Assembly: GCA_041736895.1 (NCBI GenBank)
Contig: JBGSSS010000213.1
Coordinates: 25,534 to 89,533, forward strand
DNA length: 64,000 bases
Origin: Pirellulales bacterium
Lineage (GTDB): Bacteria > Planctomycetota > Planctomycetia > Pirellulales > JALHPA01
Direction of reading: 5' to 3'
Shown here one piece after another: positions 17,978-26,279 of the stretch. Position numbers and translations under genes: made by a program. The notes beneath the pieces were generated by a model, which saw nothing but the letters and a program-made list of their open reading frames with translations, was not told the DNA's origin and made no database searches. Within the stretch, counting starts at the first letter, position 1; the number at the start of each line of letters is the position of its first letter.

Positions 17978-19057
17978 GTGCGGAACTCTTCGTCGCGACT
18001 TTGTCATTTGTTTTTGACACTCGCCCTTTGCGTCTTGAATGCTCACGCGGCGGAAATGCAGTCGATCAAGGTCTCTCCCGATCAAAAGGGCTTCATCCTC
18101 TCGCCCACGGGCGAGAAATTCATCCCCTGGGGCCACAACTACGCCTCGGTCGATATCCTAGAGCGGCTCGCCAAGGAACCCGCTCGTGTTGAACGCGAGT
18201 TCGCCGAGATGAAAGCCGCGGGCACGAACGTCGCGCGGATTCATCCCGAGTTTTTGCACCTCATGGCGGGGCCCGACAAGACGAAGCCCGAGGGTGTGCA
18301 ATTGCTGCTGAAACTCCTCAAAATCGCCGAAGCGAACGGCATCTACCTGAAGATCACGGGCCTGGCCTGCTACAAGATCAAGGACCGCGCCGAGTGGTAC
18401 GACAAGCTCGACGAAGCGGCGCGTTGGAAGGCGCAGACCTTCTTCTGGGAGACGATCGCCAACGCGTGCAAGGATAGCCAAGCGGTCTTTGCGTACGACC
18501 TGGTCAACGAGCCGGGCATCGTCGGCAAGCCGGAAGAGGGCTGGTACATGGGCCGGATGGGCGATGTCGAATTTTGTCAGCGGCTGAGCCTAACGCCGGG
18601 CGAGCGCAAGCCCGAGACGATCATCGGGGACTGGACGCGGACGATGATCGCCGCGATTCGCAAGCACGATGAGCGGCATCTGATCACGATGGGCATGTTC
18701 CCGTTCCCCGGCGTCTACAAGCCGATCGCCGAACAACTCGATTTCATCTCGCCGCATCTCTATCCCAAGACGGGCAAGGTCGAGGAAGAGCTCAAGCTGC
18801 TCAAGAAATTCGACTGGGGCAAACCGATCGTCATCGGCGAGACGTTCCCGCTCAGTTGCCCCGTCGAAGACGAACGCGAGTTCCTCCTCAAGAGCCGCGG
18901 CATCGCCCACGGCTGGATCGGCCACTGGCCCGACGAATCGCCGACGGAGTTGGCGGAGCTCAAGAAGTCCGGCAAGGCGACGATGCAAAACGCGATCTGG
19001 CTCGGGTGGGTGGAGTTGTTTCAGGAGGTTGGTCCGGAGATGGTGAAGGGGAAATAG
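17978..19057 (+). CDS. glycoside hydrolase family 5 protein, secreted
   Basis: Signal peptide; VFAYDLVNEPG (acid/base NEP) and IVIGETFP (nucleophile Glu) motifs. Confidence 0.85.
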   Translation: MRNSSSRLCHLFLTLALCVLNAHAAEMQSIKVSPDQKGFILSPTGEKFIPWGHNYASVDILERLAKEPARVEREFAEMKAAGTNVARIHPEFLHLMAGPDKTKPEGVQLLLKLLKIAEANGIYLKITGLACYKIKDRAEWYDKLDEAARWKAQTFFWETIANACKDSQAVFAYDLVNEPGIVGKPEEGWYMGRMGDVEFCQRLSLTPGERKPETIIGDWTRTMIAAIRKHDERHLITMGMFPFPGVYKPIAEQLDFISPHLYPKTGKVEEELKLLKKFDWGKPIVIGETFPLSCPVEDEREFLLKSRGIAHGWIGHWPDESPTELAELKKSGKATMQNAIWLGWVELFQEVGPEMVKGK

Positions 19058-19175
19058 CAGGTAATGTATTCCAATCGATCAATGACAATAAATCGTGGTT
19101 GGAAAATTTTCAATTGCAGAATACTATGAAAGCAACAAAGGTGGCGAGCAATCAATCTCAAGTCAAGGTGTGAAT

Positions 19176-19391
19176 ATGGAGCTTCAAGGTGTCGTACATA
19201 ACGGAGTCATTGTGCCGGATTCTGCGATGGCACTTGAGGAAGGAACGCGAGTACGCTTTGAACCAATGATCGTTGCCAATCAGAAAACGTTTGGACAAAT
19301 CTTCGGCGATCTGATGCTCGATTGTCCCGATTTGCCGACCGATTTGGCTGACCAGCATGAGCATTACCGGCTAGGGACGCCAAAGCGATGA
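19176..19391 (+). CDS. type II antitoxin (small DUF104-like protein) paired with VapC
   Basis: 71 aa; VHNGVIVPD...LEEGTRVRF pattern; stop overlaps the PIN gene start (ATGA). Confidence 0.65.
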   Translation: MELQGVVHNGVIVPDSAMALEEGTRVRFEPMIVANQKTFGQIFGDLMLDCPDLPTDLADQHEHYRLGTPKR

Positions 19392-19786
19392 ATGTTTTTC
19401 TGGACACCTACTGTTTGATCGCGTGGATCAACACGCGCGATGCTGCGCATCAACGAGTGAAATCCTACTTAGACTTTTTCACTGGCCGCATCGTGACCAC
19501 GGAATGGATTCTGATGGAATTCGCCGATGCCTTTTCACAATCGAGCACGAAGCCATTCGCCATCGAGGCGATCGATCGCATTCATCGCCTGACGATGTTT
19601 GATGTCGTCGGACTCGACCCGCTCGTCTATCAAGCTGGTTTTGAGTTGTACAAGAACCGCTTAGACAAAGATTGGTCGCTAACCGATTGCACGTCCTTTG
19701 CGGTGATGACACAACGCGGTCTGCTGGATGCACTGACCGCGGACCATCATTTTGAGCAGGCAGGATTTCGGGCGGTGTTCAAATAA
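19388..19786 (+). CDS. vapC: PIN-domain toxin VapC
   Basis: 132 aa; acidic quartet in FLDT, MEFAD, LTDCTS, TADHHF. Confidence 0.85.
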   Translation: MNVFLDTYCLIAWINTRDAAHQRVKSYLDFFTGRIVTTEWILMEFADAFSQSSTKPFAIEAIDRIHRLTMFDVVGLDPLVYQAGFELYKNRLDKDWSLTDCTSFAVMTQRGLLDALTADHHFEQAGFRAVFK

Positions 19787-19810
19787 TCGCACCGTTTTGA
19801 CGAAGTTTAA

Positions 19811-19906
19811 AAGTCCGGCAAGGCGACGATTCAAAACGCAATTTGGCTCGCGTGGGTGGAGTTGTTTAAAGAGGTTGGGCCGGAGATGCTAAAACAAGTC
19901 GAGTAA
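19811..19906 (+). pseudogene. GH5 3'-end fragment, copy 1
   Basis: 19811-19888 aligns to 18965-19042 with about 7 mismatches by eye; keeps GH5 frame: KSGKATIQNAIWLAWVELFKEVGPEMLKQVE*. Confidence 0.75.
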
Positions 19907-20088
19907 CGACTCTGTAACGTACGCGCGAAAGAATTTGACAGTACAATGTGCGCGGGATAGCCTGACCCAAATAGATCTATTGTCAGCTGCCACAATGCTT
20001 CCCGTCTCGGAAGCCGTTTCGTTGATAGTTGCTCGGCTCCGTACTGTCGGAGCGAGTCAGCACATTCTCCCACGCGATCAATACCACG

Positions 20089-21147
20089 ATGATGAAACTC
20101 AAATTCGCGGCTGGTGTTGTCATCATCTTCTTTATATTTGGCTGGATCTCTGTCGATCAAAGCGAAACCTGCCGCGCGGAGGACGCATCCAAATCCGTCA
20201 AGGAAGACGGGAAACCCCAGGGTGATCCGTGGGTCGGGGAGTTTCGGGTTTACGAGGGCCGCCATGGGGAGAAGGGAGAATTTCTTGCCACACCAAGCCA
20301 GCACTACGGCGGCAAGGTGACCATCGCCGCCAAAGGTGACGGTTATGAATTCGAGGGGCGAGACAAGATCGAACTCGTCCAGGATGGAAAACGCCTGGTA
20401 CCTTCGTCTAAAGCTAGCTTTATATTCATTGAACTGGGTGCGTCGGATGCCAAAGGATGCAACACATTGCAAGTCGTGGCCAGCTTCAGAGTGTTGTATC
20501 TGGTTCGCGACATTCCGCCCACGACTTGGATCATTCTGCCCGACGACGGCAAGACTAAACGTAGGCCGTCGCCGCAGACGGCAGTCCTGTCGGACTGGAG
20601 GTCGGTGGTGGAGTATAAACTAGACGGTTTGAACCACGTCAAGGCGGACGATCACAACGAACTACACCTCCAGGCACTGACGCTTTCCGCTTGGTTCAAC
20701 ACCGAGCAAATCAATGCAGTGCAACCCATCATGGCCAAGGCTCTGTCGAAGGGGAATTGGAACTCGTATCTGCTTCGCGTCCAAGATGGTGGCAGGGTCT
20801 CACTAGTAATCGGTAACGTGAAAGAGAATCGAGAGGCGCACTGGATCTCCAAAACAGCGTTGTCAGCCAAGAAATGGCACCATGTCGCTGTTACGTGGGC
20901 TTGCACCAAGGGTGATGCGTCTGACGCGAAAATCTATATCGATGGGATCGAACAGGAGGTCGAGATGAACCGATCGGTAAATTATGGCTTGGGCTTCAAG
21001 ATTGGATACTCCGGCGAACCGTTCTATATTGGTCGCGACGAGATGCCCTCCGGCCACTTTGTGGGTTCGCTTCGAAATGTGGACATTACCGATCGTGTGC
21101 TGACTGCCAAGGAGTTGCAGGCGATCGTGGCGCAGCGCGCAAAATGA
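20089..21147 (+). CDS. LamG/concanavalin-A-like lectin domain protein with N-terminal membrane anchor
   Basis: MMKLKFAAGVVIIFFIFGWI anchor; C-terminal half has Laminin_G_3-like pattern (LSAWFN, WHHVAVTW, KIYIDG, FYIGRD, LTAKELQAI); lower GC. Confidence 0.8.
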   Translation: MMKLKFAAGVVIIFFIFGWISVDQSETCRAEDASKSVKEDGKPQGDPWVGEFRVYEGRHGEKGEFLATPSQHYGGKVTIAAKGDGYEFEGRDKIELVQDGKRLVPSSKASFIFIELGASDAKGCNTLQVVASFRVLYLVRDIPPTTWIILPDDGKTKRRPSPQTAVLSDWRSVVEYKLDGLNHVKADDHNELHLQALTLSAWFNTEQINAVQPIMAKALSKGNWNSYLLRVQDGGRVSLVIGNVKENREAHWISKTALSAKKWHHVAVTWACTKGDASDAKIYIDGIEQEVEMNRSVNYGLGFKIGYSGEPFYIGRDEMPSGHFVGSLRNVDITDRVLTAKELQAIVAQRAK

Positions 21148-21203
21148 ATGGGCGAGCTTTCTATATTGCACGATAGGGGCTCGCAGTAGTTGATGGTACG
21201 GCT

Positions 21204-21371
21204 CACGGCTGGATCGGCCACTGGCCCGACGAATCGCCGACGGAGTTGGTGGAGCTCAAGAAGTCCGGCAAGGCGACGATACAGAACGCGGTTTGGCTCG
21301 GGTGGTTGGAGCTGTTCAAGGAGGTTGGGCCGGAGATGGTGAAAACCGCTACAGAACCTTCTCCGAAGTAA
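21204..21371 (+). pseudogene. GH5 3'-end fragment, copy 2
   Basis: 21204-21343 aligns to 18908-19047 with about 10 mismatches by eye; frame kept: HGWIGHWPDESPTELVELKKSGKATIQNAVWLGWLELFKEVGPEMVKTATEPSPK*. Confidence 0.8.
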
Positions 21372-21424
21372 CATCCTCTAGCTTCAGACTTGATACGCAC
21401 AACTAATGAGGATACTTTGAAAAT

Positions 21425-21646
21425 ATGACTAAGCAATTGACCGCCGTGATTCACCGCGAAGGTGATGGCTTTGTATCGCTCTGTCCCGAATTGGACATCG
21501 CGAGCCAAGGGAATACCGTTGAGGAAGCAAAGAATAATCTGCGCGAGGCGCTAGAACTCTTCTTCGAGTGCGCTCCACCTGAGGAAGTCAAAGAACGGCT
21601 AGGCACGGATGTTTTTGTCACGCAGGTCGAGGTGGAGTGTGGGTAA
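21425..21646 (+). CDS. hicB: HicB family antitoxin
   Basis: 73 aa, AVIHREGDGFVSLCPELDIASQGNTVEEAKNNLREALELFFE typical of HicB/UPF0150. Confidence 0.85.
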   Translation: MTKQLTAVIHREGDGFVSLCPELDIASQGNTVEEAKNNLREALELFFECAPPEEVKERLGTDVFVTQVEVECG

Positions 21647-21860
21647 ATTGCGAGTCCTCTCGGGGCAGGAGGTTTGCTCGATTATGAATCTGCATGGCTT
21701 CACCTTGGTTCGGCAGCGTGGAAGCCACATGATTATGCAGCGAGTGGCAGCCGGGGGTACGACTACTGTTCCCGTTCGAAATCACGATGAATTGCGCAAG
21801 GGAACTCTGCTCTCGATCATCCGTCAATCGGGAATTCCTAGGAGCGAATTTGAAGTTTAA
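21639..21860 (+). CDS. hicA: HicA family mRNA interferase toxin
   Basis: GTG 21639 overlaps hicB by 8 nt; LRVLSGQEV...GFTLVRQRGSHMIMQR matches HicA. Confidence 0.85.
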   Translation: MGKLRVLSGQEVCSIMNLHGFTLVRQRGSHMIMQRVAAGGTTTVPVRNHDELRKGTLLSIIRQSGIPRSEFEV

Positions 21861-21925
21861 GCGAGAGACTTTTCTGCATCTGAGGGTTGAATATAAGGGC
21901 ATTCTTTCCTCTCGAACTTTCAGCC

Positions 21926-22705
21926 ATGAAACCCTACCACTTCGCCCTGCTCTTTCTCACTGCCACGACTCTAAACGCGGCCGAACCCACCGCGAAGACC
22001 TGGGATATCGACAACGTCAAACGCGAGGCCCTTGTCTACGCCCCGACCAAGAAAACTGAGGGCAAGGTCCCGCTCGTCTTCGATTTCCATGGGCATGGCG
22101 GAACGGCGAAGCATGCGGCGCGGGCGCATCACATCCACGAGACCTGGCCCGAAGCGGTTGTCGTTTATATGCAAGGCCTGCCGACGCCGGGGAAGCTGAC
22201 CGATCCCGAAGGCAAGAAAAACGGTTGGCAGCATGGGCCGGGTGATCAAGAGGATCGCGACCTGAAGTTTTTCGACGCGGTCCTTGCGTCAATGAAGAAG
22301 GACTACGCGATCGACGAGAGCCGCATCTACTCGACGGGCCACTCGAACGGCGGTGGGTTCACGTACCTGCTCTGGGCGAAACGCGGCGAGACGTTCGCGG
22401 CGTTCGCACCGGTCGCCGCGGCGGCGGGGATCTACTTCCTCGATGCCAAACCGAAGCCGCTGTTCCATGCGGCGAGCGAGAAAGACCCGCTCGTCAAATA
22501 CGCGATGCAAGAGCGCACCTTCGACCGCGTCAAGAAAATGAACGGCTGCGAAACGAAGGGCGAAGATTGGGACAAAGGCTGCCTCAAGTATTCGTCCAAG
22601 AGCGGCACGCCGGTGGTGATCTACCTGCACGACGAAGGCCACAAGTATCCCGAGAATACGCCGGAGTTGATTGTGAAGTTTTTCAAGGAGCAGGTAAAGA
22701 AGTAG
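21926..22705 (+). CDS. secreted alpha/beta-hydrolase esterase (PHB depolymerase/LpqC-like)
   Basis: Signal peptide MKPYHFALLFLTATTLNA; FHGHGG oxyanion region; GHSNGGGF nucleophile elbow. Confidence 0.8.
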   Translation: MKPYHFALLFLTATTLNAAEPTAKTWDIDNVKREALVYAPTKKTEGKVPLVFDFHGHGGTAKHAARAHHIHETWPEAVVVYMQGLPTPGKLTDPEGKKNGWQHGPGDQEDRDLKFFDAVLASMKKDYAIDESRIYSTGHSNGGGFTYLLWAKRGETFAAFAPVAAAAGIYFLDAKPKPLFHAASEKDPLVKYAMQERTFDRVKKMNGCETKGEDWDKGCLKYSSKSGTPVVIYLHDEGHKYPENTPELIVKFFKEQVKK

Positions 22706-22732
22706 CGAAAGAATCCACGCTCAAAAAGCTCG

Positions 22733-22771
22733 TTTAGCGGCGACGCGCAGCGGAGGGCTCCGCCGCTAAAC
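22733..22771. repeat. hairpin family I
   Basis: GTTTAGCGGCG-acgcgcagcggagggctc-CGCCGCTAAAC between convergent genes. Confidence 0.75.
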
Positions 22772-22784
22772 AACATTTTGCCGC

Positions 22785-23759
22785 TTATCTCCTCCGTATC
22801 GCCTGCGAAAAATCCGGATCCTCCCGATGCCGATATGCCTGCTCCGTGACCCGGGCTTCGGCGTGGATTTGCTCGAAGCTTTTGTTCTCGGGATTTTCAA
22901 TCAGGCCAAGGCTGTACGCCAATTTCGGCGAGTGGCCGGGGAGCAGGACTTCGCTGCCGTAACGGACCAGGTTGGGCGCTAGCTCATTCACATGCCACAC
23001 GACATTCGTCGTGCAGTTGTTCGTGATCGTGTTATAAAACTCCGGTTCGCGGGCCAGTTTGTTCGCCCGCTGCATCATGCTGACGAACATCTTTTGCGCC
23101 TGCTCGGGTGTGGCTTTGACACGGTAGATGTAAACTTCATCGCGGCGATAGTTCGCGCGCAGATGAATCAGATCACGCTCGTCGCCAACGACGTACATGA
23201 TCTCGTACTGGTTGAAGAAGCCTTTGACCGGATCGAACGATTCGTGAATCTCGCGGCGGATTTCGATCGAAACGCAGATGTAGCTCCCGTCGGCCAAGCC
23301 GAAGCTCGTCATGACGTGCGCCAGGTTGGGAAAATCGCCGAACGGCACGACGATCAGATCGACGGTTTGAATTTGATTCAGATCGACTTGCTGATCGAAG
23401 TAGCGCACGTCGAAGTCGTCCGTGCTGCGATACGCGCAGTGGCGAATGTTGCGCACCGTCGCGAGGTTGCCGCTGAACTCGGTCGTCGACAGCGAGGCCA
23501 TGTCCGGCTGCCAGTGGCGATCGTTGCTTGGCAAGACCGTGTGACAGCCCGCGGCAAGCAACAGCATGAATCCGCAAACGAATCGCAGCCATACGCGCGC
23601 AGTGTCCCAAACGCGCGGCTCAGGGCGCGCGTCGGGAGGAACCCGGCACGATGCGAGTGGTTGCGGGGACAGTGGCCTGCGTGACCTGATGAGAGGAGAG
23701 AAAAGAACGAAAACTGGCCGCAGATAAGTACTTAAATCGACATTTTCAGGCAAGATCAA
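22785..23759 (-). CDS. DUF4105 (Lnb N-terminal-like) domain protein
   Basis: YEIMYVVGDERD and NNCTTNVVWHVN motifs as I recall for DUF4105; LLLAAGC lipobox-like; true start uncertain (probably downstream of 23759). Confidence 0.65.
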   Translation of the reverse strand: MILPENVDLSTYLRPVFVLFSPLIRSRRPLSPQPLASCRVPPDARPEPRVWDTARVWLRFVCGFMLLLAAGCHTVLPSNDRHWQPDMASLSTTEFSGNLATVRNIRHCAYRSTDDFDVRYFDQQVDLNQIQTVDLIVVPFGDFPNLAHVMTSFGLADGSYICVSIEIRREIHESFDPVKGFFNQYEIMYVVGDERDLIHLRANYRRDEVYIYRVKATPEQAQKMFVSMMQRANKLAREPEFYNTITNNCTTNVVWHVNELAPNLVRYGSEVLLPGHSPKLAYSLGLIENPENKSFEQIHAEARVTEQAYRHREDPDFSQAIRRR

Positions 23760-23954
23760 GGGCGAATTCGAGCATTTTTTCGCGGCCCATATTCATGCCC
23801 TATCGAGCCGCTAGCGAGGGCCAAGCTTGCATTTTTACCAGATTGGCGTGGGACTGCGACAATCTGCCCGCAGATTCGACTATGCTAGTACGTTGTGCGT
23901 CCTTTTCGCTTCTCTATTGAACGGCATTTTGCCTTTTTCCGCAGGGCATAAACA

Positions 23955-24824
23955 ATGATGCGATGCTTCGTGCTAGCAATGTTGGTCTTGGCAGCGTTAG
24001 CCGCGCACGCGGCGGCTCAACAGAAGCCATTCAATCCCTACGCCGACGAGAATGCCGATCTGCCGCCGATCACGCCAGACGGCAAAATCAACTGGCCGAC
24101 GTTTTACAAGTCGGGCGCGATCAAAGCCAAGTTCGATTGGATGTTCGCCACCGGCTCGTGCCGCGGCACCAAGGCCCAATTGAACGCCGTGATTATCAAC
24201 AACAAAGTCAACGTCAACCAGATTGCCGAAGAAGAATACACCACGGTGGTGCAATCCAACACCGGCGGCAATTTGATCGTCCTCGACAAGAATCAAGTTC
24301 CCACCAGTATCACAATCCACCCCAAGGGTGTCTCGAAGATCGAAGTCAACGGGCCTTACACGCTCAAGCAACTCCGCACGGGAATGCTGGTTCGGTTGAC
24401 CGCCAAGCTCAACGAAGACGGCACCAGCGACCAGGCTATCCCCACGATCGAAATCTTCTCGACCAAACCTGATTATCCGTTCTCGGAAGTGACGACGGGC
24501 GAGCGATTTACCTTCGCGGCGCGCGTCGTTGCGCTGCGCGACAAGACGCTCGAACTGCGCGTCGATGCGGGCAAGCTGCGCAAGCTCAAGCTACCGGTCG
24601 ACGAGGCAACCGTCGTGACACTTAACATGGATGATTTGAAGTTGGCATCGCCTGGAGACAAACTCATAGTCAAAGGCCACCTCTATGCAGGCCCAGGCAT
24701 CACGGCGAACCAGGCAATCTTCGCCAACCAGGTTGTCGTCACCAAGCCGCTCGTCGTCGACAAGAAGCCGGCGAAGCGGTCGTCCTCGGATCTGGGGGCT
24801 GCGCCGGTGCCGGCCAAACGCTGA
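23955..24824 (+). CDS. secreted hypothetical protein
   Basis: 289 aa with clear signal peptide MMRCFVLAMLVLAALAAHAAAQ; strong hairpin terminator follows. Confidence 0.7.
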   Translation: MMRCFVLAMLVLAALAAHAAAQQKPFNPYADENADLPPITPDGKINWPTFYKSGAIKAKFDWMFATGSCRGTKAQLNAVIINNKVNVNQIAEEEYTTVVQSNTGGNLIVLDKNQVPTSITIHPKGVSKIEVNGPYTLKQLRTGMLVRLTAKLNEDGTSDQAIPTIEIFSTKPDYPFSEVTTGERFTFAARVVALRDKTLELRVDAGKLRKLKLPVDEATVVTLNMDDLKLASPGDKLIVKGHLYAGPGITANQAIFANQVVVTKPLVVDKKPAKRSSSDLGAAPVPAKR

Positions 24825-24852
24825 CGCACCCTCTTTGAGAAGAATATATTCA

Positions 24853-24889
24853 ACAAACGGCTTGCTAAGAACACTAGCAAGCCGTTTGT
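24853..24889 (+). terminator. hairpin terminator after 23955..24824
   Basis: ACAAACGGCTTGCTA-agaacac-TAGCAAGCCGTTTGT, 15-bp perfect stem. Confidence 0.65.
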
Positions 24890-25004
24890 CATTTGACACA
24901 ATTTCGAGGTCATTCCCGGTTTTTTACGCATGGTGAAAGCCTTGGTCAACTGTTAGATTAATTTGAGTCTAAGTACTTAGTCTCGCTCCTTGGCTCACCC
25001 ACAC

Positions 25005-25910
25005 ATGGCAACGCAATTTCCCCGCTGGCAAGGCGTTTTTCCCGCGATCACCACCCAATTCAAGGCCGACGGCGCGCTCGATCTCGACGCCACGGCCAAG
25101 CACATCGAGGTGCTGATTGATTCGGGCATCAGCGGCATCGTCATGGCCGGCTCGCTGGGCGAAAACCAAACGATGGCCCCCGAGGAAAAACGCCAATTGA
25201 TCAAGCATGCCGTCCAAGTGGCTGGAAAACGAATTCCGGTACTGACGGGCGTGGCCGAGACGAGCACTGCTGCCGCCACGACCTACATGAGCGATTGTGA
25301 AAAGCTCGGTGTCGCCGGATTCATGGTCATGCCGGTGATGATCTACAAGGCCGACGCTGTCGAGGCAGAAACCTTTTTCCGCACCGTCGGCACTTCGACC
25401 AAGCTGCCGTGGATGTTGTACAACAATCCGGTCGGTTACTACGTCGATATCACGGCTCCGCAATTGCAACGGCTAGTGGATATGCCGAACCTGGTGGCGA
25501 TCAAAGAAAGCTCGGCCAACACGCGGCGGATCACCGAACTCCGCATCGCGCTGGGCGACCGGCTGCAGATCTTCTCGGGTGTCGACGATCTGATCCTGCA
25601 ATCGGCCGCGTTGGGCATCGATGGCTGGGTCGCCGGATCGGGGATCGCGTTTCCGAAAGAGAATCAATACTTCTGGGAACTCATGCAAGCCGGCAAATGG
25701 GAAGCCGCGCGCCAGATGTATCTCTGGTTTTATCCGCTGATGAAGTTGGACACACACCTGAAGTTCGTGCAGTACATCAAACTCGCCGTGCAAGAAACCG
25801 GACTTGGCAAAGAATACGTCCGCGCGCCGCGCATGACCCTCAGCGGCAGCGAGCGCGAAGCCGTGCTCAAGGTCATCCACGACGGGATCGCGAATCGGCC
25901 GAAGCTCTAA
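25005..25910 (+). CDS. dihydrodipicolinate synthase/N-acetylneuraminate lyase family protein
   Basis: GIVMAGSLGE, YNNP and VAIKESS (Schiff-base Lys) motifs; substrate not assignable. Confidence 0.85.
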   Translation: MATQFPRWQGVFPAITTQFKADGALDLDATAKHIEVLIDSGISGIVMAGSLGENQTMAPEEKRQLIKHAVQVAGKRIPVLTGVAETSTAAATTYMSDCEKLGVAGFMVMPVMIYKADAVEAETFFRTVGTSTKLPWMLYNNPVGYYVDITAPQLQRLVDMPNLVAIKESSANTRRITELRIALGDRLQIFSGVDDLILQSAALGIDGWVAGSGIAFPKENQYFWELMQAGKWEAARQMYLWFYPLMKLDTHLKFVQYIKLAVQETGLGKEYVRAPRMTLSGSEREAVLKVIHDGIANRPKL

Positions 25911-25935
25911 CAACCCGACGCGTTAGCGAGGGGCG
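25911..25935 (+). repeat. REP family A copy
   Basis: CAACCCGACGCGTTAGCGAGGGGCG, starts 1 nt after the stop at 25910. Confidence 0.8.
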
Positions 25936-25967
25936 TCAGGGATTGCACTTTTCGCAACGTCAAACGA

Positions 25968-25995
25968 ATGCCCGCCGATACCATCGGCGGCTTTG
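25968..25995 (+). repeat. 28-nt palindromic repeat, intergenic copy
   Basis: ATGCCCGCCGATACCATCGGCGGCTTTG; core hairpin CCGCCGAT-acc-ATCGGCGG. Confidence 0.85.
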
Positions 25996-26116
25996 TTTTT
26001 CTTGCTCGGTTGCCAAATTGACAGTCTTTGTTTTCGCCCGCTGCGTAATTAACAACTTTACGCAACTTCTTATTCTGCTCGACCTTGCAACGACGCTATT
26101 GCCTCGAAATATCAAT

Positions 26117-26132
26117 TGGCACGGCTGTTGCA
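26117..26132 (+). promoter_or_regulatory. sigma-54 (-24/-12) promoter candidate for hsp20
   Basis: TGGCACGGCTGTTGCA matches TGGCACG-N4-TTGCA exactly, 148 nt upstream of the hsp20 ATG. Confidence 0.6.
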
Positions 26133-26279
26133 AATATTACTATGCATCGCGGCGATGACTGCAGCATTGGCCGCGAAGAACAATGCGATTGGTGATTCCG
26201 CAGTTTCGTGAAACAGCGTCGTTGAACGAACGGCCAGGAATCGTTTTTTCAACCATCATTTGCAATCGAGGCAAAGACT

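Noticed and set aside
19831-20472. 213-aa minus-strand ORF inside the GH5 islet.
   Set aside because: It overlaps the LamG gene, which has recognisable domain motifs. Its C-terminus is simply the reverse translation of GH5 fragment copy 1. No family is recognised.
19058-21925. Integrase, recombinase or transposase gene, or a tRNA target, that would explain the GH5 islet.
   Set aside because: None of the six-frame ORFs in or next to the islet shows recombinase motifs, and no tRNA-like sequence is present. The mechanism is left open rather than invented.
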